The notes beneath the pieces were generated by a model that was not told where the DNA came from, searched no databases, and saw nothing but the letters and a program-made list of their open reading frames with translations. Positions 49,228 through 59,578 of a DNA stretch of 64,000 bases are shown here, in pieces. How positions within the stretch are numbered: position 1 is the first letter of the stretch; each line of letters starts with the position of its first letter. The translations under genes and the position numbers were made by a program. This DNA is from Rhodobacterales bacterium (lineage in GTDB: Bacteria; Pseudomonadota; Alphaproteobacteria; Rhodobacterales; Rhodobacteraceae): NCBI GenBank assembly GCA_038231775.1, contig JBBRKS010000001.1, positions 22,938-86,937 on the forward strand, read 5' to 3'.

Positions 49228-51348
49228 ATGATCGACGTCGAAGACCTGATCGCCCTCGTCCGCAACTACAACCCCCGCACGAACGCTGATCTGATCCGGC
49301 AGGCCTATGCCTACGGGGTCAAGATGCACGAAGGCCAGTGGCGCAAATCGGGAGAACCCTATTTTACCCACCCGGTCGCCGTGGCCGCCATCCTGACCGA
49401 ACAGCAACTTGACGACGCCACCATCGTCACCGCTCTGCTGCATGACACAATCGAAGACACCAAATCGACCTATACCGAGGTGGAACGTCTGTTCGGCCAT
49501 GAAGTCGCCGAACTGGTTGACGGCGTGACCAAGCTGACCAACCTGCAACTGTCGTCAACCGGGGCGTCAGAACAGGCGGAAAACTTTCGCAAGCTGTTCA
49601 TGGCGATGTCGAAAGACCTGCGCGTCATCCTCGTCAAACTGTCTGACCGTCTGCACAACATGCGCACGATCAAAAGCATGTCGGTCGAAAAACAGATTCA
49701 AAAGTCTCGCGAAACCATGGAAATCTATGCGCCGCTGGCAGGCCGCATGGGTATGCAGTGGATGCGCGAGGAATTGGAAGACCTTGGCTTTCGCGTCTTG
49801 AACCCAGAGGCGCGCAATTCGATCATCCGGCGTTTCCTGACCCTGCAGAAAGAATCCGGTGACGTGGTCCACCAGATCACCGCCGACATCCGCACCGAAC
49901 TGGAACGCGGCAAGATCGAGGCCGATGTTTTTGGTCGCGCCAAAAAACACTATTCGATCTGGCGCAAGATGCAGGAAAAAGACCTCGCCTTTTCGCGCCT
50001 GTCCGACATTTACGGCTTTCGGATCATCTGCATGAGCGTGGGCGATTGCTACCGCATTCTGGGGGCGATCCACCAACGCTGGCGTGCCGTGCCGGGGCGG
50101 TTCAAGGATTACATCAGCCAGCCCAAATCGAACGGCTACCGGTCGATCCACACCTCTGTTTCAGGTCGCGACGGCAAGCGGGTCGAGGTTCAGATCCGCA
50201 CCCGCGAAATGCACGAAGTGGCCGAGGCTGGCGTTGCCGCCCACTGGTCTTACCGCGAAGGCGTGCGCGCCAAGAACCCCTTCGCCGTCGATCCCGGCAA
50301 GTGGATTGCGCAACTGACTGAACGCCTGAATGAGGGCGATCACGACGAGTTTCTGGAAAACGTCAAGCTGGAGATGTATTCCGATCAGGTCTTCTGCTTC
50401 ACCCCCAAGGGCGATGTGGTGCAATTGCCGCGTGGGGCGACGCCGCTGGATTACGCCTATGCCATCCACACACGGATCGGCAATTCCTGCGTGTCCGCCA
50501 AGATCGACGGCATCCGCGTGCCCTTGTGGACGCGCCTTAAAAACGGCCAGTCGGTCGAGATCATCACCGCCGAGGGCCAGCGCCCGCAATCCTCATGGAT
50601 CGACATTGTCAGCACAGGCCGCGCCAAGGCTGCGATCCGCCGGTCCTTGCGTGAAGAAGACCGTGGGCGCTTTGTCAAACTGGGTCAGGAACTGGCCCGC
50701 GCCGCGTTCGACCATATGGGCCGCAAGGCGACCGACAAGGCCCTGCGCACCGCCGCCAAAATGCTGGGCTTGGCCGATGAAACAGAACTGCTCGCCCGCC
50801 TTGGGTCCGCCGAACTGACTGCCCGCAAGGTGCTGGAAACGCTGTATCCCGAACTGTCCACCTCGCAAAAGGACGAGGTTGACGCCCAGCGCCCGGTCAT
50901 CGGCCTTGGCGCAGACCAGACGTTCAAGCGCGCGCTGTGTTGCCAGCCGGTTCCCGGTGAACGTATCGTCGGCATCACCTATCCCGGGCGCGGTGTGATC
51001 GTGCACGCCATTGACTGCCCCGCACTGGAAGAGCTGGAAGAACAGCCCGCCCGCTGGGTCGATCTGCACTGGCAATCCGGTCGCCACCCGGTCGCCTATA
51101 CCGTCACGCTGGACGTGGCGATTTCCAACGATGCCGGGGTGCTGGGCCGCATCTGCAGCGTGATAGGTGAGCAGAAGGCCAACATATCGGACCTGAAATT
51201 CACCGAACGCAAACCCGATTTTTACCGGCTGCTGATCGACGTTGACCTGCGCGATGTGGAACATTTCCATATGGTGATGACCGCACTTGAGGCTGAAACC
51301 GATGTCGCACAGGTCGCCCGGGTCAGGAACGTGTCGCGCAAGCCGTGA
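49228..51348 (+). CDS. spoT: Bifunctional (p)ppGpp synthetase/hydrolase
   Basis: HD, synthetase (EVQIRT), TGS and ACT domains. Confidence 0.97.
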   Translation: MIDVEDLIALVRNYNPRTNADLIRQAYAYGVKMHEGQWRKSGEPYFTHPVAVAAILTEQQLDDATIVTALLHDTIEDTKSTYTEVERLFGHEVAELVDGVTKLTNLQLSSTGASEQAENFRKLFMAMSKDLRVILVKLSDRLHNMRTIKSMSVEKQIQKSRETMEIYAPLAGRMGMQWMREELEDLGFRVLNPEARNSIIRRFLTLQKESGDVVHQITADIRTELERGKIEADVFGRAKKHYSIWRKMQEKDLAFSRLSDIYGFRIICMSVGDCYRILGAIHQRWRAVPGRFKDYISQPKSNGYRSIHTSVSGRDGKRVEVQIRTREMHEVAEAGVAAHWSYREGVRAKNPFAVDPGKWIAQLTERLNEGDHDEFLENVKLEMYSDQVFCFTPKGDVVQLPRGATPLDYAYAIHTRIGNSCVSAKIDGIRVPLWTRLKNGQSVEIITAEGQRPQSSWIDIVSTGRAKAAIRRSLREEDRGRFVKLGQELARAAFDHMGRKATDKALRTAAKMLGLADETELLARLGSAELTARKVLETLYPELSTSQKDEVDAQRPVIGLGADQTFKRALCCQPVPGERIVGITYPGRGVIVHAIDCPALEELEEQPARWVDLHWQSGRHPVAYTVTLDVAISNDAGVLGRICSVIGEQKANISDLKFTERKPDFYRLLIDVDLRDVEHFHMVMTALEAETDVAQVARVRNVSRKP

Positions 51349-51459
51349 AACTTGCGGCAGAAACGCTGAAGGTTTCACATAAAGATCACCCACCCCCTCA
51401 AAATTCGTCACACCGACCATATCTCGATACAGCATCATCCTGATCCGGGGGCTGGGACC

Positions 51460-52110
51460 ATGTTCAAACGCCGCACGCCCCTTAGCTGGCGCGACTGGCT
51501 CAGCCAGCAGGTCTATCCGCAGGGCGGCTTCAAACGGGCGGGCGTCTATCTGTGGCACCGCCTGCGCCGTCTGCCTGATCCGCCGCACCGCATTGCACGC
51601 GGCGTCTTTGCCGGAACCTTCGCCAACTTTCCGCCAATCTTCGGCTTTCAGATGCCGGCCGCCGCCCTGTTGGCCTGGGCGATGCGCGGCAACGTGCTGG
51701 CGGCGGTGCTGGCCACGCTGTTGTCCAACCCGGTCACCACACCGATCATCGCGCTTGCCTCGCTGAACCTTGGACACTGGATGCTTGGCTCTCCCGAAGG
51801 AGTCAGCCTGAACGGCGTCTTTGCAGCCTTTGGGGCTGCGGGGCGCGATCTGTGGCACAACCTGCGCGCCGCCTTCACTGATGAGACGGCCCATTGGGAC
51901 GGCCTGATCCTGTTCTGGCAGCGGATTTACTGGCCCTATACGCTAGGCTCGATCCTGCCCGGCCTTGCCACCTCGGCCCTGCTGTCATGGCTGACAATCC
52001 CGACCTTGACCGCCTATCAAACCTTGCGCAAACGCCGCCTGCAAAAACGCGCTGCCCACCTGAAAGCTGAAAAACCGCAACCAGAGCCGCCACCCACCCC
52101 TCCCCTGTGA
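51460..52110 (+). CDS. DUF2062 family protein
   Basis: DPPHRIARG...SNPVT. Confidence 0.88.
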   Translation: MFKRRTPLSWRDWLSQQVYPQGGFKRAGVYLWHRLRRLPDPPHRIARGVFAGTFANFPPIFGFQMPAAALLAWAMRGNVLAAVLATLLSNPVTTPIIALASLNLGHWMLGSPEGVSLNGVFAAFGAAGRDLWHNLRAAFTDETAHWDGLILFWQRIYWPYTLGSILPGLATSALLSWLTIPTLTAYQTLRKRRLQKRAAHLKAEKPQPEPPPTPPL

Positions 52111-52166
52111 TCTTTCATATTGGCCCAGATATTCGCGGGAGGGTGTTGGAGGCCAGCCACCCTCCA
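52109..52166. repeat. Intergenic repeat-family member with hairpin
   Basis: TTTCATATTGGCCCAGATATT followed by TTGGAGG-N7-CCTCCAA; resembles the 34977/60784 and 29300-29336 elements. Confidence 0.5.
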
Positions 52167-52258
52167 AGCCTTGATGCAGCACACCGACGCTTCCCATGCG
52201 GCCCTTCCCATGTGGCGCGTTCCAAACTAGATATGACGTAACAAATGGGGTGAAAGTC

Positions 52259-53014
52259 ATGAATTACCTTGGAAAGTTGCGCCTTGGCGTGAACATCGAC
52301 CACGTTGCCACCGTGCGCAATGCGCGCGGCAGCGCCTGGCCTGATCCGTTGCGCGCGGCTCTGCTGGCAGAGGCCGCCGGGGCCGACGGCATCACCGCCC
52401 ATCTGCGCGAAGACCGCCGCCACATCCGCGACGCCGACATGGCGGCGCTGAAAGCTGGCCTTGGCATCCCGCTCAATTTCGAATGTGCCGCGACCGATGA
52501 GATGCTGGCGATAGCCCTTGCCACCCGGCCCCACGCCGTCTGCCTTGTCCCCGAAAAGCGGACCGAGCGTACCACCGAAGGCGGGCTTGATGTCGCCACT
52601 GATGCCAACCGTCTGGCGCAATTCATCGCCCCCCTGACCGCCGCCGGGGCCCGCGTGTCCATGTTCATCGGCCACGATCCGCGCCAGATCGAAGCCTCGG
52701 CCCGCATCGGTGCCGCCGTGGTCGAACTGCACACCGGCCATTATTCCGATCTGCACGCCGAAGGCCGCCAAGACGAGGCCGACGCCGAACTGATCGCCCT
52801 TCAAAAGGGTGCCGCCCTCGCCCATTCGCTGGGGCTAGAGGTCCATGCCGGACACGGCCTGACCTACGACAATGTCGGCGCGATCGCCGCAATCCCCGAG
52901 GTGATGGAGCTGAACATCGGCCATTTCCTGATCGGCGAGGCGATCTTTCTTGGCCTTGAAGACGCCCTCGCCGAAATGCGCCACCACATGGACCTCGCCC
53001 GCAACCTCGTCTGA
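52259..53014 (+). CDS. pdxJ: Pyridoxine 5'-phosphate synthase
   Basis: [29 protein letters not shown]. Confidence 0.97.
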   Translation: MNYLGKLRLGVNIDHVATVRNARGSAWPDPLRAALLAEAAGADGITAHLREDRRHIRDADMAALKAGLGIPLNFECAATDEMLAIALATRPHAVCLVPEKRTERTTEGGLDVATDANRLAQFIAPLTAAGARVSMFIGHDPRQIEASARIGAAVVELHTGHYSDLHAEGRQDEADAELIALQKGAALAHSLGLEVHAGHGLTYDNVGAIAAIPEVMELNIGHFLIGEAIFLGLEDALAEMRHHMDLARNLV

Positions 53015-53177
53015 AACCGCCAAAATCCACGAAGGGGTGGGCTTCAGCACGGCCTTTTGTAAAGACGCCAGCCAAAGCGCGCCGCGGTATCGTCATCGCC
53101 CGCAGCCCCGGCCGAAGCCCGCCCCGCCGAAACGGGCCGACAAATGGCGCTTGCACGCTACTTCGCCAAAGCAAGTC

Positions 53178-53672
53178 TTACGGCGTGACGGTCAGCGTCG
53201 TCCACATCCCGTCAACGAAGTGGGCGGGGATGTTGCAATAGACGATATAAGTGCCGGGCTTCAGGTCGACGGTCAGACTGCCGCCCTTGCCCGGGTCAAG
53301 CTCTGCCACCTCGCCAAGGTGGTCGGCCTTTTCTTCATCCACCCGGTTTTCATCGGCCAGATAGGCCAGTTCGGTCGTACCTTCGGGCAGTGGCGACAGA
53401 ATCATCTCATGGATGATGTCCTTGCTGTCATTGGTCACATCGAAGGTAATCTTGCCGGCGGCCACAGTCGTCACGTCCAGCTTGATGCCCATCATCCCCA
53501 TGCTGGCCATCGACATGTCCACCTTGCCCATCATCTTCATGTGGGCGTCGTCAAGCACCACCGAATCCGGCCCCTTGTCCCAAAGGGAAACCTTGACCGT
53601 GGCATCCGCCTGCGCGGCCCCGACCGACAGGGTTGCCAACAACCCCGCCGCCGCGAAAATCATGAATTTCAT
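53178..53672 (-). CDS. Secreted cupredoxin (blue copper protein)
   Basis: Signal peptide; HEM and CNIPAHFVDGM type-1 Cu ligands; Met-rich insert. Confidence 0.9.
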   Translation of the reverse strand: MKFMIFAAAGLLATLSVGAAQADATVKVSLWDKGPDSVVLDDAHMKMMGKVDMSMASMGMMGIKLDVTTVAAGKITFDVTNDSKDIIHEMILSPLPEGTTELAYLADENRVDEEKADHLGEVAELDPGKGGSLTVDLKPGTYIVYCNIPAHFVDGMWTTLTVTP

Positions 53673-53942
53673 GTCGGTGATCCCTAAATGTCCCGGGCAT
53701 ATTGCCCAGACCGACATGAAGCCCGAAACGCGCGCCACCGCCTTGATGCAAATCATGCGGCGCGGTTTTTCGCAGAGGAGTGTTGAACGGCGGATTCTGA
53801 CGACGTCCCGCGTCAGCGCACCGCACGCGCTGATCGCAGCCCGGGCGTCAGGATCGGCAGCGCACTCGACATGCGGACGCACAGGCTTTACTCAGGCTGG
53901 CGACACCTGATCCGGTTCAATCAAACGCAAGGATGCGGCGCA

Positions 53943-54404
53943 ATGATCCTCGGCATCGGCACCGACCTTGCGAACATCGAACGGATCGAACGGACGATGG
54001 ACCGCTTTGGTGACAGGTTCCTGAACCGAGTGTTTACCGAACGCGAACAGGCCAAGGCCGCAACCCGCCCGCACGGCACCGCCGCCACCTACGCCAAACG
54101 CTGGGCCGCCAAAGAGGCGTGCTCCAAGGCGTTGGGCACCGGGTTGCGCATGGGCATCGCGTGGCGCGACATGGCGGTCAGCAATCTGTGGACCGGTCAG
54201 CCTGTCATGCACCTGACCGGCTGGGCCGCCGACCGTCTGGCGCAGATGACGCCGCAAGGCTACCGCGCCGTCGTCCATGTCACCCTGACCGACGACCACC
54301 CCTGGGCGCAGGCCTTTGTCATGATCGAGGCTTTGCCGCTGGACGCCCCGCATGAAACCCCACTTCCCACCGAGTTGACCGGCCTCGCCCCGCCTTCTCC
54401 TTGA
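53943..54404 (+). CDS. acpS: Holo-ACP synthase
   Basis: [19 protein letters not shown]. Confidence 0.97.
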   Translation: MILGIGTDLANIERIERTMDRFGDRFLNRVFTEREQAKAATRPHGTAATYAKRWAAKEACSKALGTGLRMGIAWRDMAVSNLWTGQPVMHLTGWAADRLAQMTPQGYRAVVHVTLTDDHPWAQAFVMIEALPLDAPHETPLPTELTGLAPPSP

Positions 54405-54458
54405 CTCCATCAGGCTTCCCGCGCATCTAGCGCCAAACCCTACAGGAAAGCCCCTTAC

Positions 54459-55259
54459 ATGGCATCGAAGGACAAGGCCGACGGCGGCATCGTCGAAACC
54501 ATCAAGACCGTGGTCTATGCCCTGCTGATCGCAGGCTTGTTCCGCACGCTGCTGCTGCAACCGTTCTGGATTCCCTCGGAGTCTATGAAGGACACCCTGC
54601 TGATCGGCGACTTTCTGTTCGTCAACAAGATGGCTTATGGCTATTCGCGCTATTCCTGCCCCTTTGCCGCCTGCCCGATCACCGGCCGCATCAAACTGCC
54701 GCTCTTGTCCGGTGACCCGGTGCGTGGCGACGTGGTGGTGTTCCGCCATCCGGTCAACGGTGAGGATTACATCAAGCGTCTGATCGGCCTGCCGGGCGAC
54801 AAGATCCAGATGAAGAACGGCATCCTGTTCATCAACGGCACCGAAGCGCCGCAGGTTGACGCGGGCATCTTCAGCGAAACTTTCGAGGCGCAGGGGTCGA
54901 TGGGCAACTCGCCCCGCTGTTCGAATGCGCCGGTCGGCAATGGCGGGATCTGCGAAAAGATCCGCTCGGTCGAAACGCTGCCCAATGGTGTGAAACATGA
55001 CGTCTTGAACATCGACACCAACGGCTTTGCCGACAACACCGATGTGTTCACCGTGCCCGAGGGCAATTATTTCTTCATGGGCGACAACCGCGACAACTCG
55101 ATGGACAGCCGCTTTGCCCAGAATGTCGGCGGCGTTGGCTTTGTTCCTGCCGAATATCTGGTGGGCCGGGCTGACCGGATCATGTTCTCGTCTGCCGGAT
55201 CGTCGTTGTTCCAGTTCTGGACCTGGCGGTCAGACCGCTTCTTCAAGGCGGTGAATTGA
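54459..55259 (+). CDS. lepB: Signal peptidase I
   Basis: IPSESM, YIKRLIG, GDNRDNS. Confidence 0.97.
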   Translation: MASKDKADGGIVETIKTVVYALLIAGLFRTLLLQPFWIPSESMKDTLLIGDFLFVNKMAYGYSRYSCPFAACPITGRIKLPLLSGDPVRGDVVVFRHPVNGEDYIKRLIGLPGDKIQMKNGILFINGTEAPQVDAGIFSETFEAQGSMGNSPRCSNAPVGNGGICEKIRSVETLPNGVKHDVLNIDTNGFADNTDVFTVPEGNYFFMGDNRDNSMDSRFAQNVGGVGFVPAEYLVGRADRIMFSSAGSSLFQFWTWRSDRFFKAVN

Positions 55260-55942
55260 AGCTTTCGGCAGATATTCAGGCCTTTACGGGCCGGATCGGG
55301 TATGATTTCCGCACCCCTGCCCTTCTGGTGCAGGCGCTCACCCACGCATCAATGTCGTCAACCACCCGGACCGACAATCAACGGCTGGAGTTTTTGGGCG
55401 ACCGCGTCCTTGGCCTTGTCATGGCCGAGGCGCTGTTGTCCGCCGACACCGCCGCCGCCGAAGGCCAGCTTGCCCCCCGGTTCAACGCCTTGGTGCGCAA
55501 GGAAACCTGTGCCGATGTGGCCCGCGAATTCGGGATCGGTGACGTGCTGAAACTGGGCCGGTCCGAAATGATCTCGGGAGGTCGCCGCAAAGAGGCGCTG
55601 CTGGGTGACGCCATAGAGGCGGTCATTGCAGCCATCTATCTGGACAGCGGTTTTGATGCCGCCCGCACTGTCATTCTCCGCCTGTGGGGTGCCCGCATCA
55701 CTGCGGTTGACGCAGATGCCCGCGATGCCAAGACCAGCCTGCAAGAATGGGCGCAAGGACGCGGCATGGCCCCCCCGGTGTATGACGAGGCCGCCCGCGA
55801 AGGCCCCGACCACCAACCAACCTTCACCGTCCGCGTGACACTCGCCGATGGCAACACCGAACAGGCCCGTGCCGGATCAAAACGGCAGGCCGAACAACTG
55901 GCAGCGCGCACGTTATTGGCGCGGATCATGCAGGGCGACTAG
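55256..55942 (+). CDS. rnc: Ribonuclease III
   Basis: [14 protein letters not shown], dsRBD. Confidence 0.97.
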   Translation: MKLSADIQAFTGRIGYDFRTPALLVQALTHASMSSTTRTDNQRLEFLGDRVLGLVMAEALLSADTAAAEGQLAPRFNALVRKETCADVAREFGIGDVLKLGRSEMISGGRRKEALLGDAIEAVIAAIYLDSGFDAARTVILRLWGARITAVDADARDAKTSLQEWAQGRGMAPPVYDEAAREGPDHQPTFTVRVTLADGNTEQARAGSKRQAEQLAARTLLARIMQGD

Positions 55943-56514
55943 CGCGTGTTCATGGGTGGCATGCGGCCCCTGTGTCGCGCCTCCACCCGCCACAGGACTT
56001 GACGAATGCCGGGCGGCTCGTGCTGACGGTACTTCCCGCCCGAGAACCTGGCCCAGTCAAGTGCCAGCCCCATCTTGACCATCTCTGCAGAAAGATCACG
56101 ACGGTCGGGTAGAAAACAGGTTGCCACACCTCGCTCATACGACGACGTTCCGTCAAACACCGCGCGTATCATTTGTCCGCGACACAACTGAGCCAACTCC
56201 CATTTGGCCTTTTTGCCCCAGGGTTGATCCATCTCAGGTGCGTCAATCCCGGCGAGGCGGATCGTTGTATTCTGAATCACGATCGTATCGCCATCGACGA
56301 CAAAACAGCGCCCGTTCAGTTCCAGCCCGACGAGATGAGGTTTGAACCCGGTGGCTAAGTGCCTGATATCCAGCGAGTCTTGACGAAAGCGCTCACCCCC
56401 TTCTGCACGACCCGCTGCACCCGTCAGCCCGACATTCCCATCCCGGTTGACGGGCCAACGTCTGTGTGCAGGTTTGCCGATGAAAAACCGGATGATCTGA
56501 CGAAAAACAGACAT
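55939..56514 (-). CDS. Thermonuclease (SNase-like) family protein
   Basis: [27 protein letters not shown]. Confidence 0.9.
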   Translation of the reverse strand: MSVFRQIIRFFIGKPAHRRWPVNRDGNVGLTGAAGRAEGGERFRQDSLDIRHLATGFKPHLVGLELNGRCFVVDGDTIVIQNTTIRLAGIDAPEMDQPWGKKAKWELAQLCRGQMIRAVFDGTSSYERGVATCFLPDRRDLSAEMVKMGLALDWARFSGGKYRQHEPPGIRQVLWRVEARHRGRMPPMNTR

Positions 56515-56685
56515 TGCGCAAACACCATGACCCCAATCCCGACCGAGTATTTGCAATTCCGGGGCGTTTTCAAGAGCTACAAGTGTCAGAGCAACCCGCC
56601 CGCGCGAATGGGGCGTCACCCGATGCAACTGGCCAAGCCGGGGCAACTCGACTATGAGGCAAGCAAATGAGTGAAAGACACGTCC

Positions 56686-57612
56686 ATGACTGAAGACAAA
56701 CGCGCAGGCTTCGTTGCCCTGATCGGCGAGCCGAATGCCGGGAAATCGACGCTGCTGAACAAGATCGTCGGGGCCAAGGTCTCAATCGTCACCCATAAGG
56801 TGCAGACCACGCGCACCCGGATACGCGGCATTGCAATGCACGCGCAAAGCCAGATCGTGTTCGTTGACACCCCCGGCATCTTTCGCCCGCGCCGCCGCCT
56901 TGACCGGTCCATGGTCGCCGCAGCCTGGGGCGGTGCCGCCGACGCCGATGTGATCGTTCTGTTGATCGAGGCGAACCGTGGCCTGACTGAAGGCGCCAAA
57001 TCCATCATCGCGGGCCTGCGCGACCGCTTTCCGTCAGGCGGGCAAGTGGCGCTGGCGATCAACAAGATTGACAAGGTCAAGGCCGAAACCCTGCTGGCCT
57101 TGGCAGAAGAGGCCAACATCGCCTTTCCCTTCACCAACACCTTCATGATCAGCGCCGAACGCGGCCACGGGGTGGACAAGCTGACCGCGTGGCTCGCCGA
57201 CATCGTGCCCCAAGGCGAATGGTTCTATCCCGAGGATCAGATCGCCGACCTGCCGATGCGCCAGATCGCGGCAGAGATGACCCGCGAAAAGCTGACCCTG
57301 CGCCTGCACGAAGAACTGCCCTACCAGTTGACCGTGGAAACCGAAAACTGGGAGGATCAGCCCGATGGGTCCGCCAAGATCAACCAGATCATCTATGTCG
57401 CCCGTGACGGCCACAAAGGCATCGTGCTTGGCAACAAGGGTGAGACGATCAAGTCAATCGGCACCGCCGCCCGCGCCGAAATCTCTGCCTTCTTGGAGCG
57501 TACTGTGCACCTGTTTCTTGAGGTAAAAGTCCGCCCGAACTGGCTGGAAGAACCGGAACGCTACACCGAAATGGGACTGGATTTCAAAGACGGCAATCCG
57601 CCGAAAATCTAG
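56686..57612 (+). CDS. era: GTPase Era
   Basis: GEPNAGKS, QTTR, DTPG, NKID, KH domain. Confidence 0.97.
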   Translation: MTEDKRAGFVALIGEPNAGKSTLLNKIVGAKVSIVTHKVQTTRTRIRGIAMHAQSQIVFVDTPGIFRPRRRLDRSMVAAAWGGAADADVIVLLIEANRGLTEGAKSIIAGLRDRFPSGGQVALAINKIDKVKAETLLALAEEANIAFPFTNTFMISAERGHGVDKLTAWLADIVPQGEWFYPEDQIADLPMRQIAAEMTREKLTLRLHEELPYQLTVETENWEDQPDGSAKINQIIYVARDGHKGIVLGNKGETIKSIGTAARAEISAFLERTVHLFLEVKVRPNWLEEPERYTEMGLDFKDGNPPKI

Positions 57613-57734
57613 GGCGTGGGGCAGACCGACGCTGGCGCAGACGCCATGGGGGATGCGCATAGGACAAGAACGCGGGCCGTAAAGCCGCCGCCAAATCCTT
57701 ACCAAAGTCTTAACAAAATCCATGAAAACCTGTG

Positions 57735-57793
57735 ATTTCAACGAATTACCTCAGATAACACGTGTGTTATCATGTGATATCCCTTGATGTCAC
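57735..57793. promoter_or_regulatory. Composite palindromic motif copy B plus a second inverted repeat
   Basis: GATAACAC-GT-GTGTTATC (57754-57771) and GTGATATC-CCTT-GATGTCAC (57774-57793). Confidence 0.45.
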
Positions 57794-57813
57794 ACCCCAG
57801 ACAGGAGCGTACG

Positions 57814-58149
57814 ATGTCCCCCCGCCTCGCCACCGGAATCTGGGTTGCGGCCTATCTGACACGGCTCCGCCTCGCCGACATCGCCGCCTACGTCACCCAA
57901 AAGGGCGACGCGACCGCCGGGGCCGTCATCGTCAAGGTTGCCACCCTGAACGGGCAGGCCCGGGCGGTGCAGCGCAGTTTTGACATGATGGCCGACCGCC
58001 GGGTCTGGATCACCATGGCTGAAGGGGCCGAGGTTGAGGTTGACGCCCTGTTGACCCGCCAAAAGTCGCGCGACCGCGACCTGTGGGTGATTGAACTGGA
58101 AGATCGGCAGGGGCGGACCTTGCTGGATCAAGAGGGTCTAGCGGACTAA
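57814..58149 (+). CDS. DUF1491 family protein
   Basis: KGDATAGAV...DRDLWVIELED; CAGGAG SD. Confidence 0.9.
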   Translation: MSPRLATGIWVAAYLTRLRLADIAAYVTQKGDATAGAVIVKVATLNGQARAVQRSFDMMADRRVWITMAEGAEVEVDALLTRQKSRDRDLWVIELEDRQGRTLLDQEGLAD

Positions 58150-58713
58150 CCGCGTCACCCCGATCAGCCCGGCCCCCAACACCGCGAACATCGCCAGCAG
58201 CCCGGCCAGATTGACCGCCACCTGCGCCAGACCCAGCGCGTCCACATTGACGAACGGATAGGGCCAGAACCCGGTCATCGCGCCTCGGATGATCGCATAC
58301 ACCCCGTACCCCAACGGCCAGATCAGCCACAGCGGCAGATCGCGCCAGCCAATCTGCTTGTCGGCAAACGCCAGCCACCAGCCTGCAAAGGCCAGCGGAA
58401 CAAAGGTGTGCAGCCCCTGATCCGCCCACCACGCCAACCCCTGCGGCTGCCATAACGCCGCCAGCACCAGATGATACATCAGCCCCACCATCACAATCGC
58501 GATCAGCAAACCCGCCGCCACCCGCGCAGGCATGGACCAGCGCCACGCCACCGCCAACATCGACGCGCCAACCAGCAGGTTGGTCAACACGGTGAAATAT
58601 CCGGCCATCAGCCATAGCTTCTGATCCGGCGGCTCTTGGATCACATCATACTGCCCCCGCAACGCCGCGAGGGCCAGAACACCGATCAACAAGGCCACAA
58701 TCCGGGACAGCAT
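58138..58713 (-). CDS. Pr6Pr family membrane protein
   Basis: YFTVLTN, YHLVL, LHTFVP, WPYPFVN. Confidence 0.85.
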   Translation of the reverse strand: MLSRIVALLIGVLALAALRGQYDVIQEPPDQKLWLMAGYFTVLTNLLVGASMLAVAWRWSMPARVAAGLLIAIVMVGLMYHLVLAALWQPQGLAWWADQGLHTFVPLAFAGWWLAFADKQIGWRDLPLWLIWPLGYGVYAIIRGAMTGFWPYPFVNVDALGLAQVAVNLAGLLAMFAVLGAGLIGVTRLVR

Positions 58714-58790
58714 CACCAATCTTTGTCCGAACCATGGGCCGAGACAACCCCTGTCTTGCCACCAAAGCACTGCGCAGCGATACTCCCCCC

Positions 58791-59522
58791 ATGGAATGGC
58801 GAGACGAAGGCGCGCTTCTGTCCGTGCGGCTGCACGGCGAAAGCTCTGCGATCATCGAGGTTTTTACGGCAGCGCATGGCCGCCACCTTGGCATCGTCCG
58901 GGGCGGCGGGTCGCGCCGTATGGCGGGCGTTCTGCAACCGGGCGCGCAACTGTCGGTGCAATGGCAGGCGCGGCTCGATGAACACCTTGGCAGCTTCAAG
59001 ACCGAACCCCTGCACGCGCGCGCGGCCCTGATGAATGACCGGGGCGCGCTGGCGGCCCTGAACGCGATCTGCGCGCTCCTTCATCTGGCGTTGCCAGAGC
59101 GTGACCCGCATCCCGCCCTGTATGCCCAGACCCTGACCTTGCTGGATCTGTTGGAACAGGGCGGCGACTGGCAGATGCCCTACCTTCTGTGGGAGATGCG
59201 CCTGTTGGACGCGATGGGCTACGGCCTTGACCTTGCCACCTGTGCGGTGACCGGGGTGACGCAGGATCTGGCCTATGTTTCCCCCCGCACCGGGCGGGCG
59301 GTGTCGCGGGCCGCCGCCGCCGACTGGGCGCCGCGCCTGCTGCCCCTGCCGCGCGCGCTGATCCTGCACGACGGCACCCCGGCCGAGGTGGCCGAGGCGT
59401 TGCACCTGACCGGCCATTTCCTGACCCGCGCTTTGCCCGCCAGGGACAACAATCACCCGCTGCCTGACGCCCGCGCCCGCCTGATTGACCACCTTCAGCG
59501 GCCCAAAACAGTCGCAGACTGA
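58791..59522 (+). CDS. recO: DNA repair protein RecO
   Basis: MEWRDEG...HGESS, CAVTG...YVSPRTG. Confidence 0.96.
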   Translation: MEWRDEGALLSVRLHGESSAIIEVFTAAHGRHLGIVRGGGSRRMAGVLQPGAQLSVQWQARLDEHLGSFKTEPLHARAALMNDRGALAALNAICALLHLALPERDPHPALYAQTLTLLDLLEQGGDWQMPYLLWEMRLLDAMGYGLDLATCAVTGVTQDLAYVSPRTGRAVSRAAAADWAPRLLPLPRALILHDGTPAEVAEALHLTGHFLTRALPARDNNHPLPDARARLIDHLQRPKTVAD

Positions 59523-59578
59523 CTCCAGCCGTCGCATCGGGGCCAGACGCAACGGATTGGCCATGCGACCCAAGGGTC

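Noticed and set aside
53673-53882. N-terminal extension of the cupredoxin shown in the ORF track
   Set aside because: The signal peptide begins at ATG 53672; the extension is probably promoter region.
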